Assembly: GCA_964016885.1 (NCBI GenBank)
Contig: OZ024740.1
Span: 92,628,001-92,692,000, forward strand
DNA: 64,000 nt
Direction of reading: 5' to 3'
Source: Eledone cirrhosa
Lineage: Eukaryota
Positions 43,264 through 54,917 of the stretch are shown in pieces. The first letter of the stretch is position 1; each line of letters begins with the position of its first letter. Below the pieces are notes generated by a model that ran no database searches, was not told the DNA's origin, and saw only the letters and a program-made list of their open reading frames with translations. The position numbers and the translations under genes were made by a program.

Positions 43264-46200
43264 CTCACATCTGGTTGGTCTCTGAATGTTACTTGTTTTA
43301 TATGGAAAAAGTAGCTCGAAATGTTGCCAGGTTTTTCGAGAAGTAATTTGATTTGTTTGTCAATAATTATAATAAATTTCGCGCCAGTTCGCGTTACAAT
43401 ATTTCTTCAAATAAGAGGGGGGTTTTATCACAGGTTGTTTTTTTCATATATGAGTGTTTGAATTTCTTTTTACTTGAAAAAAGGGGCTCACGAAGGCTTT
43501 TTTTTAGTTGGTTGTAAATGAAATTATGGCTGTCACGTGAACAACTTTTCATTAATTTTTTCGTGCCCTTATTTCAAAATACATTCTGTAGTCTTTTTAG
43601 AGATTTTTATGGTAAGTGAAAGATAATGGTCAAGAGAAAGGGATGGGAGATTTGTTCTGGTTCAATGAATATGGTTAGTTCGCTGGGGTGACAGAATTCA
43701 GATTTTCTATTGAATAAAGAAAGTAAAGATATGTATGTTTATTTGTGTGCTTGTGTGTGTGTGCGTGTGTGTGTGTGTGTTTCGTGTGTGTGTGTGTTTG
43801 AATTTCTTTACTTAAAAAAAAGATGGCACACGAAGGCTTATTTTTAATAAAGGTGATCTGATTGGTTATAAATGAAATTTGGCTGTCACGTGAACAAGTT
43901 TTCATTACATTTTTGCGCCCTTATTTGGAAATCTATGCTGTAGCCTTTATAGAGAATGTTATGACAAGGGAAAGATAGTGGTCAAGAGAAATGGGATTGG
44001 GAGAATTGTTCTGGTTCAGTGAATATGGTTAGTTCGCTGGGGTGTCAGAGTTCAGATTTTCTATTGAAGTAAAGATATGTATGTTTATTTGTGTGCTTGT
44101 GTGTGTGTGTGCGTGTGTGTGTGTGTATATGTGTGTGTATGTGTGTATTGGAAGAGGATTCTATTAGTAGAAATGGGGGAGGGAGTTGTTTGTGTGTGTA
44201 TATGGGTGTTATGTGTGTGTGTGTGCGAGTATGTTAAGATGGAGAGAATATATATTATGTGTGTGTGTATATATGTGTGTAGGAAAGTGGTTCTATTAGT
44301 AGTAATGGGGGAGGGAGTTGTGGGTGTGGGGGTTGTTATGTGTGTGTATGGATGTTATGTGTGTGGGAGTATGGTTAGCATGTTAAGATGAAGAGAATAT
44401 ATATATATATATATTGTGTGTGTGTGTGGGTGTGTGTAGGAAAATGATTCCTTTAGTAGGAATATTTTTAAATGAACATATTTTCCTTACTTATTCGTAT
44501 GTGTTCTGTTGTATTGTCAGTGCAAACGTATGTTAAGGTTTATTTAGTTCGGGTTTTTATTTTCTAAAGTAGAAGGTGTTATGTGTGTGTGTGTGTCATA
44601 TTATGGTGTTGACATAATGTATATTAAACCATATTTAATGCTGGTTTATATTTTTGAATAAACATATTTTCCTTATTTATTCGTATTTGTTCTGTTGTAT
44701 TGTTAGCGCAAAGGTAAAATGGGATGACTTGGAATTTGGGTGTCTTATTACTTGCGGAAATGTCTAGATGTGCACTTAATGGTATCTGTATCGTGGTTAG
44801 ATCTCGTAATTGTTGGCGATGAACTGTCATTCTGTTTCTGAGTGTGAGTTTAGTTTGTCCTATATAATCTTCATTGCATCCTTTACATTTAATGGCATAA
44901 AGAAATTTTTTTGATGAGCAAGTGAAGTGATTTTTTACAGTAAAACTTTGTCCTGATTTAAATGTATACGTGTTGCCTTCAATGAGGTGAGTGCAGGTTC
45001 CACAATTAGAGTGAACACATTTTTTTATACTTGGTTGTCGGTTTGTGGTAGGTAATTTGGCATTAGTGAGTAATGTTTTCAGTGATTTTCGTTGTCTTTT
45101 GCTTTTGATTATTTTGTGTGTTTCAAGGGCTTTTTTCATTCTTGGGTTTTGTTTTAGTAGTGGGATGTTCTTGTGAATAGTGTTGTAAGCTTCCGCATTT
45201 CTTGGGTTGTGTGTTGAGATATATGATAGAATATTGGACGTACCTTGAATTTGTTTCTGTTTCCGTAATTCATCAATGCCTATTGCTTTAGCGTTTCTAT
45301 TCCATTATTTATTAGTAATAGTGGGTAGTCTCTCTCGAGTAGAATTTCTTTTAATTCTTGAAGTCTTTTATTTCGCGTTTCATAATTGGAGACAATTATG
45401 CAAATTCTTCTTGTAGGTTAAAAGGAATGTTCGTCTTCGTGTGCTTTGGATGGTTGGAGGTGAATAGCAGATATTGTTTGGAATTTGTTGGTTTGTAGTG
45501 TATGTCAGTTTCGATATTTGTGTCTTTTTTTAAGATTAAGATGTCCAGAAATGGGATTTGATCTTGGATGTATTCCATTGTGAATTGGCTGTGGTTATTG
45601 ATGCCGTTTATTAAGTTTTTGAAATCCTTCAGTTGGTCGAGTGTGTGGGACCAAAGAATGAGGCAATCATCCAAGTAGCGTTTCCAATTCTCTGATAAAT
45701 ATTTGTGGAAGTTCAATACGTATTTTGATTTGGACTGTTCGTATATCTGGACTTCTAAGTATGCCATGACTAAGTTGGCATAAGTTGGAGCGGCTTTTGT
45801 ACCCATTGCATTCCACGATATGATTGCTTGTAAGTATTGCCATCGAAAACAAAATAGTTGTTCTGTAAGATGAATTATAATCCCTCGGTGATGAAGCTTT
45901 TTTCTATTCTGTCAGGTATCTCATTGGGCTATTTCTCTAGCCAGAATCCTATCGCTTCTAGTCCGTATTGGTGTGGGATCGTTGTGTAGAGATTCACTAC
46001 ATCGAAAGACACAATAATAGTGTCGTTGTTGACATGTTTGGGGAGGTGGTTTAAGAGTTCCAGATCGTCTCTTACAAGGCTTGGTATGTGTTTCAGTATT
46101 TGTTTCAGTAGTATGTCTATAAAGTTGCTCAGTCTGTGTGTTTCACATTGTGGGCCCGCTACCATTGGTCTTAATTTAAGGTCTGTGGGGTATTGTGTGT

Positions 46201-46695
46201 TCACACAGGCTGAGGTGGCTTGTTTACAGGCATCGTTGATTATTTTACATTTGTGGATCTTTGGAAGTCCGTACGGTTGCTGGTTTTGTATTCAAAATTT
46301 GTTAAATAATCGCGTTCCTTTTTAGTTACGTCTTACTGGTATCGATAAATCAGTGTGTTTAATTTGGTCATTATTTTTGATTGCTGGTAGGTTTTTACTC
46401 TTTCATAGTAATTAGTATTTAGTAAGAGAGAGAACATAGAATTTTTATATTTTTCAGCCTCCATAATGACAACAGTACTTCCCTTGTCCGCTTCCTTAAT
46501 TATAACGTCCGTATTGTTTTTTAGTTCATGGATAATCTCCCATTCCCTTCGACTCGTGTTGGGTTTGGGTTTAAGTTGCGGTAGTTCATGGTATGGGAAG
46601 GTAGCTATGTGGTCACAAAATTTGTCCAGAACTCTGTTTCTACCTTTTGTTGGGTGTAGCTGCTTCTATTCCGTACAATTGATTCGTCGTTATTC
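43260..46695 (-). mobile_element. 5'-truncated, frameshifted Penelope-like element (Neptune-like): RT, GIY-YIG and long 3' UTR
   Basis: ORF pieces 45929-46204 (LRPMVAGP, SFDVVNLYT), 45396-45806 (MGTKAAP, WKRYLDD, FLDI) and 44624-45139 (LYAIKC..YIGQT). The 3' UTR has a duplication (about 43460-43720 and 43800-44080). Confidence 0.9.
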
Positions 46696-46696
46696 T

Positions 46697-46755
<59 letters not shown>

Positions 46756-46756
<1 letters not shown>

Positions 46757-46960
46757 ACGAAGGAAATGTGGTAGTGAACCAGATGGACCATAGCGCACCA
46801 AAGTACTCAATACAGGGTAGTAGAGTGGGTAATATGAACAAGTAGGACCCCGATGGCTGAGCTCAAGCCGTCTCGACGGCTAATTCTGGACATTCTGACA
46901 ATTGAGTCCATAATTAGCCGTGGAAACGGCTTGAGTTCAGCCATCGGGGTCCTACTCGTT

Positions 46961-46962
<2 letters not shown>
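46756..46962 (+). repeat. Unclassified repeat with about 55-bp-arm hairpin, inside (TA)n
   Basis: GTAGGACCCCGATGGCTGAGCTCAAGCCGT..GGCTAATT / AATTAGCC..ACGGCTTGAGTTCAGCCATCGGGGTCCTAC. Confidence 0.8.
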
Positions 46963-47056
<94 letters not shown>

Positions 47057-47217
47057 TGAGTTATAAACTCGAAACAGTCTCTTACCATTATATATCTCAA
47101 AGAAGGGAATATTTCCGAGACGTGTAATACAAATGAATATATGAGAGGGATGAACACTGATACAAGTATACATGTGTTCGAATTGCAAAAGACCAAGTTA
47201 GCTAGGCTGAAGAATAC

Positions 47218-47276
<59 letters not shown>

Positions 47277-47278
47277 AC

Positions 47279-47381
<103 letters not shown>

Positions 47382-47821
47382 GATGGAGAGAATGATTAAG
47401 AGTAATAGAGAGAGAGACCTGTCTAGATACATATTCGATAACAGTAGCGAATGAACCGAACAATTTCTTTCAGCTCCAGACTGTAATATACCAAATGTAT
47501 TTGAAATAACAAGACCATTTAAAAAGAAATGTGTTTACTCTGAAGAGTATTGTTGCAAGTTTCTTTCGAAGGTAACTTCAATATATGTACACCACATATA
47601 TTTTACTAACAATGTATTCGCATGAAATTGCATGAAAACATTTGGATATATGGATAAATTGAACTTATTTACAGATCTACTTTCATCTTTGTTTATTTAG
47701 TTATGCGTATGTTAATGGTGTTTCGGTCCATTACTATCCGCATTATATACTGAACGAGTTACTCTAATCATGCAATATAACAATGCACTTTTTTATGATA
47801 GGATTACGTATGTATACATGT

Positions 47822-47863
<42 letters not shown>

Positions 47864-48481
47864 TATATATGTCTAATGTACCTAAGATGCTACCACAGGC
47901 GGTATACCGGTTGAGCACTCTATGCTCATACGGGTGCGTGTATGTGTATGTGTCTGTGTATATGTGTGCGTATATAAATGCGTGTATGGGCGTGTGTGCC
48001 TCTGTGTGCATGTATGCGTATATTTGTGTGACTATTTCTGTTTGTGAACGTAAACACACAAGCTACTCTGTATGTATCTGTCAATATCTGTGTGTGTATG
48101 TGTGTGTAGGTGGGAGTGTGAGCTGACCAACAGCAATAATTTTACCGACGGGGCAGTGGGTGAGTGACAGCTCACGCCCTAACGGTCACCGGGCTGCTGC
48201 TAGTGTTCAGAATAATGATGACGTCATTAACCAGTGACCAACCCAAGGACGCGCAAAGCGGATGAAGGTGGACGATATTGGTTTGTAGGGCCAGAATACC
48301 CCAGAAAGAGGATATTATCCGAAATCAATAGTCGTGTCCAAGGAATCTGCGAGTCTAGAGTCAGGTAGATCCAAACACCAGGGAAAAAATTGTAACACAA
48401 TAAATTAAATTCCGATGCGTCACTGATTTTTTTCGTTTACTATTCCTCCCACCTTTTCCCCTCTCTCTCTCTCTCTCTGTA

Positions 48482-48558
<77 letters not shown>

Positions 48559-48803
48559 GGAGAGAGAGAAGTCCTACTCATTCCTATTACCCACTCTACT
48601 AGCCTAAGTATTGAGTACTTTGGTGCGTTATGGTCTACCTGGTTCCTTACCACATTTCCTTCGTTATATATATATATATATTATATATATATATATATAT
48701 AGAAAATTGAGGTTGGTAATGGCACATGGAATATATAAGAGACAGAATACTTTTTTGTGAAAAAACATAATTTTATAAGGTAAGGAAATAATAAAGGGTA
48801 TAA

Positions 48804-48851
48804 AAAATGACCGGTTTCGATGGGTCTGCAAAAGCCATCTTTTCAAATGTT
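48804..48851 (-). ncRNA. Hammerhead ribozyme motif (inverted pLTR copy)
   Basis: Reverse complement is identical to 49641-49688. Confidence 0.72.
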
Positions 48852-49307
48852 GATTAATATTAAGAAAAATTAATAATACGAAGAGTTAAAATTTGAGACT
48901 TGAAAATTCAAGTATAAAATTCATTGTGGGATTTCATAGCAGTTTTCATCTAGGTAGCAACAACAGGTTGACTGCTGTGTCCCTTTCTGGTAGTGAATGA
49001 GAAGTTATTTGGGGTGTGGGTTATTTTATAATGGTCAGATTTAGCAATCACCAACTGGCCAGCTGCTGGTCAGTGAGGGGGTGGAAGCAATATACATACA
49101 CATATCTTCCTGTGATGGGTAGGAGAGTGGAGCGTGATAGAAAGGGATTTAGTGCACTTACACCTATATATACACACATACCTTCATCCACACATACATA
49201 CATATACATATACATATATATATATATATATATATACATATACACACATACATGCACACACACATACATATACATACACACATACACATACACACATATA
49301 TACACAT

Positions 49308-49338
<31 letters not shown>

Positions 49339-49640
49339 CACACACACATATATATACACATACACATACATCCAGATACACACATACACACGCACACACA
49401 CACACATATATATATATACACATATATATATATATATATATATATAGATACACACACACACACAAAAATAACCCACACCCCAAATAACTTCTCATTCACT
49501 ACCAGAAAGGGACACAGCAGTCAACCTGTTGTTGCTACCTAGATGAAAACTGCTATGAAATCCCACAATGAATTTTATACTTGAATTTTCAAGTCTCAAA
49601 TTTTAACTCTTCGTATTATTAATTTTTCCTAATATTAATC

Positions 49641-49688
49641 AACATTTGAAAAGATGGCTTTTGCAGACCCATCGAAACCGGTCATTTT
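49641..49688 (+). ncRNA. Minimal type I hammerhead ribozyme, U3-A8 core variant (5' pLTR)
   Basis: aacat-TTGAAAA-GATGG-cttttgcagac-CCATC-GAAA-CCGG-TC-atttt: stem II GATGG/CCATC, palindromic stem III ACCGGT, GUC cleavage triplet ending at 49683. Confidence 0.75.
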
Positions 49689-49856
49689 TTATACCCTTTA
49701 TTATTTTCTTACCTTATAAAATTATGTTTTTTCACAAAAAAGTATTCTGTCTCTTATATATCCATGTGCCATTACCAACCTCAATTTTCTCTATAACCTT
49801 CGTTTTGTGTAGAAAATTACACTTTTCATATATACTAACCTACGCAAATCCGGAAA

Positions 49857-51122
49857 ATGGCACTGGAACAAGACAACACAACTTCAAACTCCAATATCAA
49901 TGAGGAAATCCTGAAAATCCTAAAAGAGATAAATGGAAAACTCACCATTCTGACAAAAAAACAGGATATACCCCAAACCACCACACCGACTGACAACCAA
50001 ATTTATTTAAACGTTCAAAACGTATGCAACTCCATCGAAAAACTTATGAATACCAACACAGAACAAACGACATTGCTCCATATCAAAAACCAAATGGGAC
50101 ACCTCTGGAAAAAACATCTAAAAACCAGAAAATTCACTTTCTGGAATATGATAAAAAACCTCAACAAAGCTGGAATTTACCAAAAATGGATTAACTCAAC
50201 ACCGATAGTTTTACCACGTAAATTCGAAATAAAGCATATTACAAACGAACCTGAACCAGAAAGAAAACTCCGTGAACAAATGTCACTCAACAGGATAAAC
50301 ATGGAAATAGAACTCCTAAAATTAAGGGCCACCTCAAACGAGCAAGAGTATAAGGATACTGATAAAAATATGGAGGAAGAATGCACTAAAAAGGCCGAGG
50401 GAACAACCCTACAAAATTTAATCAAATCGTGGAAACAGGACTGCGAGAATGCAGAAACTATTTCCCTTAAACGGTGGGAAAAATCCGAAAACTGGTTCCT
50501 CAAATATGAAGAAGACTTTAAAAGGACGCACCAAACAGGTAACCCCTTTATAAAGCATTTGAACATAACAAGAACTACAACAGACACATTTACACCACCA
50601 AACCCAACACACACTGACCACAGGCACATCCCCCACCAACACAAACCAAATACGGCCAACTACACCAAAATAAACACACCCAACCACCACAACACAGGTT
50701 TCCGTAGAAATGCCCCCCACATAAACCAACGACGAAAAAACATAGATCCAACTCACAACACACACACCACATTCCTCAGAAGAAATCCACCCAGACCACT
50801 TGAAATCACAACATAACTTACCCACAACCACACCAGACATCACCCTCAATCCAACAAAAGACAACCCCCCAGCCTCAACACTCTGTACCACAGAAATAAC
50901 GCACCCAGACCACATGAACCAACAACAGAACCCTTGCTCATCAACAACCACAACACATACCACCCCCACCATCACATTCACCCTCATGAAACAACAAGCT
51001 ACAGACCCACACGCAAGAGACCAACAAAATATAATCACACACAAAACTACATTCCTTTTTTAGGGAAAAGCCTGAAATACCAGGATACTCGATGGCCCCC
51101 CCTCAGGAGAAACCAAAAATAA
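49857..51122 (+). CDS. PLE ORF1, uncharacterised helical/coiled-coil protein with basic H/T/N/P-rich tail (319 aa to TAA 50814-16; frame stays open to 51122, 421 codons)
   Basis: ATG about 27 nt after the pLTR end. Manual translation shows ORFs 49857-50816 and 50934-51122 share a frame with only one stop between them. Confidence 0.75.
51056..51107 (+). promoter_or_regulatory. Putative -1 programmed ribosomal frameshift signal (U_UUU_UUA, 8-nt spacer, stem-loop)
   Basis: ORF1 codons CCT TTT TTA GGG; the -1 frame continues AGG GAA AAG CCT GAA ATA CCA GGA TAC TCG ATG into ORF2. CCTG(A) at 51071 can pair with CAGG 51081-84 or TCAGG 51103-07. Confidence 0.65.
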
Positions 51123-53368
51123 TCAACCTCTCAAAGACACCTCTAACCAACACACAAATCAACATTTTAAGTAAGGGCCTGAAATTTACACCTACACCAC
51201 GTAAACCAAACTTCCCCGAAATGAAGGATGACATCATGGAATACTGCCGAAAGCTGCGACTAACGGAATTCTTCCACAACGACACCAACACTGAAGACGA
51301 ATCACTGGTTAGAAATAAAAGCAATTTCTGCCCACAAAAGGGAAGAAATAAAGCACTGGACACGTACTGCGAACACATCACCAACTTTCCCTATGAAAAA
51401 ATTACAAATAAACACACGAAATCAAACCTATCTACACACGAATGGGAAGAATTATTCACACTTAGAAACAACCCTGAGATAACTATCAAAGAAGCCGATA
51501 AAGGCAGTACTGTTGTCATTATGAATACGGACTACTATAGGACCCTCGCACTTAACATTTTAGAAAACAACACATACTATGAAAAAACAGAAAACTACAA
51601 ACACACCAAAACAATGGGGAACCTTTTGACCTTACTGAATAAATACCGCAACAGCTTAACCACGAAAGAGTTTAACTATATAAGCCACTTCAAATGCAAT
51701 ACAAGCTCTTTTTACGGCTTACCGAAACTTCACAAATGTAAACCCATAAACGATGCATGTGACACCTCAACCAACAATTACATTGAACTAACACCACCAG
51801 AAGACCTAAAACTCAGGCCAATTATAGCAGGCCCTACATGTGAAACCCACAGACTTAGCAAATTTCTGGACATCCTACTGAAACCCTTTCTACAACATAT
51901 ACAGAGCTACATACGAGATGACCTTGACATGCTGAAACACCTCCCTAAAACAGTAAGTGCAAATACAATTCTTGTCTCCTTTGACGTAATAAACCTCTAC
52001 ACAAACATACCTCACAACTATGGAATAACAGCAGTCCAATACTGGCTTAACACACACCCATCAGAAATACCGACACGCATCAACACAGATTTTATCACTG
52101 ACGGACTCCGCTTTATCCTACAAAATAACTACTTCACATTCAATGGTTCAACATACAGACTAGTATCAGGTACGGCAATGTGCACGAAAGTAGCACCCAC
52201 ATATGCCAACCTAGTCATGGGATTCCATGAACAACAAATATACAGTCAGTCCCTTCTCTTATTTGGAGACTCTTTCCACACACACCTCAAAGCCAATTGG
52301 AAAAGATATCTAGACGACTGCTTTATCCTATGGCAAGAAGACATGAACTCACTTACTACGTTTAAAAACATGATAAACAACATAGATAATAACATACAAT
52401 TCACAATGGAATCCAATCCTAAGGAATTAGCCTTCTTGGATATTCTCATCTCTGTAATAGACGGGAAATTAGATACAGATATATTCTATAAACCCACAGA
52501 TTCCAAGCAATACCTCTTTTTCACATCAAGTCACCCAAAACATACAAAACGTAACATTCCTTACAATTTGGCCAAACGTATATGTACCATAGTATCAGAT
52601 CCACCTAAACGGGAGCAAAGACTAAAGGAACTAAAAGACACCCTTATCTTAAGAGCCTTTCCACTTGAAATAATCAACAATGGAATAGACAGGGCAAAAC
52701 ACCTAAATCCCCATCAACTTAACAATCCAAAACAGAAAACCACACTCAACACCCTGCCATATGTATCCACTTTCAACCCCAGAAATACCGAAATGTTTGA
52801 TCACCTACACAAAAACCTCCCCATCCTACTTAAAGATGTAAAAATGAAGTCTATTCTTGAAACACACAAGATCCTTAAAAGTAAAAGACAACCCAAATCA
52901 CTTAAACGCATTCTCACTGGACCAAATATACCCAAACCAATCCTCAACCCTACAGTTACCAAATGTGGTAGAACAAACTGTGGAACGTGCCTCTACCTCA
53001 CTGAAGGACAAACATTTACATTCAAAGATGGCCAAACATTTACAGTAAAAAACAATTTCACCTGCAACTCGGAGAACTTGATTTACGCAATAACTTGCGG
53101 TGGGTGCAAACACAACTACATAGGACAGACGGGCACCTCATTACGCAAAAGAATGACCATCCACCGCCAACGAATCCGGGACGCTAATACAAGAAAAATC
53201 CCCTTGAGCAGCCATATTGCGAACTGCGCAGGAATGACACTACCCAACTTCAAAATCTTCCCCTTCTACAAGTGCTCAGATTCGTTCACACAGCAACAAA
53301 GAATAAACAAAGAAAATCTATTCCTTAACAAATTTAAACCAAAACTAAACGGGTTATCACCCCAATAG
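51092..53368 (+). CDS. PLE ORF2: reverse transcriptase, Cys-rich linker and GIY-YIG endonuclease (Neptune-like)
   Basis: KEADKG, FYGLPKLHK, LRPIIAG, SFDVINLYTNIP, GTAMC (consensus GTAMG), WKRYLDD, FLDI, CGRTNCGTC, LIYAITC..YIGQTG..LRKRM. Confidence 0.96.
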   Translation: MAPPQEKPKIINLSKTPLTNTQINILSKGLKFTPTPRKPNFPEMKDDIMEYCRKLRLTEFFHNDTNTEDESLVRNKSNFCPQKGRNKALDTYCEHITNFPYEKITNKHTKSNLSTHEWEELFTLRNNPEITIKEADKGSTVVIMNTDYYRTLALNILENNTYYEKTENYKHTKTMGNLLTLLNKYRNSLTTKEFNYISHFKCNTSSFYGLPKLHKCKPINDACDTSTNNYIELTPPEDLKLRPIIAGPTCETHRLSKFLDILLKPFLQHIQSYIRDDLDMLKHLPKTVSANTILVSFDVINLYTNIPHNYGITAVQYWLNTHPSEIPTRINTDFITDGLRFILQNNYFTFNGSTYRLVSGTAMCTKVAPTYANLVMGFHEQQIYSQSLLLFGDSFHTHLKANWKRYLDDCFILWQEDMNSLTTFKNMINNIDNNIQFTMESNPKELAFLDILISVIDGKLDTDIFYKPTDSKQYLFFTSSHPKHTKRNIPYNLAKRICTIVSDPPKREQRLKELKDTLILRAFPLEIINNGIDRAKHLNPHQLNNPKQKTTLNTLPYVSTFNPRNTEMFDHLHKNLPILLKDVKMKSILETHKILKSKRQPKSLKRILTGPNIPKPILNPTVTKCGRTNCGTCLYLTEGQTFTFKDGQTFTVKNNFTCNSENLIYAITCGGCKHNYIGQTGTSLRKRMTIHRQRIRDANTRKIPLSSHIANCAGMTLPNFKIFPFYKCSDSFTQQQRINKENLFLNKFKPKLNGLSPQ

Positions 53369-53769
53369 AATTGTCATAAAATATAAACACACATACGCAC
53401 GGAATCACTACTATTAAAGACCATAGACCAATTCTGTAGAATCAGGTTTATTCATTGACAGACCATGCCTTTGTGTGACCAACACATCCATGTTAAACCC
53501 TGCACGTGCACACACATATATCTATATATATATGCGCACACAGAATTCACCACTGTCGGTTGCGGGGCCCAATCTACATGAAGAACTCAATGTGATCAGA
53601 ATGACTTGTATTTTAATTTCACTGCCCCAACTTCTTATATTATGGAAAAAATATATGTGTCTGTATGTATATATATATATATATATTTGAAGGCCATTTC
53701 TCTGTGTGTGGGTGTATGTATGTGTATATGTGTGTGTGTGTGTATGTGTGTGTATGTGGATGTATGTAT

Positions 53770-53802
<33 letters not shown>

Positions 53803-53878
53803 ATATATATGTGTGTGTGTGTATGTTTGTATGTGTGTATGTATATATATAAGTGTGTGTGTGTGTATGTATGTGTGG

Positions 53879-53936
<58 letters not shown>

Positions 53937-54310
53937 ATATATATATATGTATATGTATATGTATGTATGTGTGGATGAAGGTATGTGTGTATATATAGGT
54001 GTAAGTGCACTAAATCCCTTTCTATCACGCTCCACTCTCCTACCCATCACAGGAAGATATGTGTATGTATATTGCTTCCACCCCCTCACTGACCAGCAGC
54101 TGGCCAGTTGACGATTGCTAAATCTGACCTTTATAAAATAACCCACACCCCAAATAACTTCTCATTCACTACCAGAAAGGGACACAGCAGTCAACCTGTT
54201 GTTGCTACCTAGATGAAAACTGCTATGAAATCCCACAATGAATTTTATACTTGAATTTTCAAGTCTCAAATTTTAACTCTTCGTATTATTAATTTTTCTT
54301 AATATTAATC

Positions 54311-54358
54311 AACATTTGAAAAGATGGCTTTTGCAGACCCATCGAAACCGGTCATTTT
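54311..54358 (+). ncRNA. Hammerhead ribozyme motif (3' pLTR)
   Basis: Identical to 49641-49688. Confidence 0.75.
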
Positions 54359-54737
54359 TTATACCCTTTATTATTTCCTTACCTTATAAAATTATGTTTT
54401 TTCACAAAAAAGTATTCTGTCTCTTATATATTCCATGTGCCATTACCAACCTCAATTGTCTCTATAACCTTCGTTTTGTGTAGAAAATTACACTTTTCAT
54501 ATATATATATATATATCGCTCGCTTTACTCGATTTACTACTCCTAATAGCTTTATTTAGCTATTGCTCGCACCAACTGGAGGTATATGATTTTTAAAGCG
54601 ATGAAAGACCAATGATGGTTGGAAAATCACTGATGAAGGACTATTTTTATCATATGTAACCCATGTGCAACCACGCAGTATTCTTTCTTCTCATGTTTTA
54701 TATATATATATATACACACATACACACACACACACAC

Positions 54738-54804
<67 letters not shown>

Positions 54805-54917
54805 CATACATTTATGTATATAAGCAAAAGGGATATACAATTTGTTGGTAATTCAACAAATATAAATGCTTATAACTGATTCAGTGTACTCGACAAGTTT
54901 TCTGGAGTATAATATTC

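Larger units (their letters stand above)
48701..54500 (+). mobile_element. Near-complete bicistronic Penelope-like retroelement: inverted 3' copy (48701-49460), 5' pLTR (49465-49830), ORF1, RT-GIY-YIG ORF2, 3' UTR, 3' pLTR (54136-54500)
   Basis: Near-identical direct repeats 49465-49830 and 54136-54500; 48701-49460 is the reverse complement of about 53700-54460; intact 758-aa RT-EN ORF; both outer ends abut (TA)n. Confidence 0.95.

Noticed and set aside
48149-48215. Possible HDV-like ribozyme or LINE 5' UTR in a GC-richer patch
   Set aside because: Could not build the nested double pseudoknot by eye; P1 is mismatched.
51050-51064. TTCCTTTTTTAG|G as an intron 3' splice site
   Set aside because: Not excluded (PLEs can retain introns) but ranked second: no clear donor was identified, and the heptamer phase plus -1 overlap fit frameshifting exactly.
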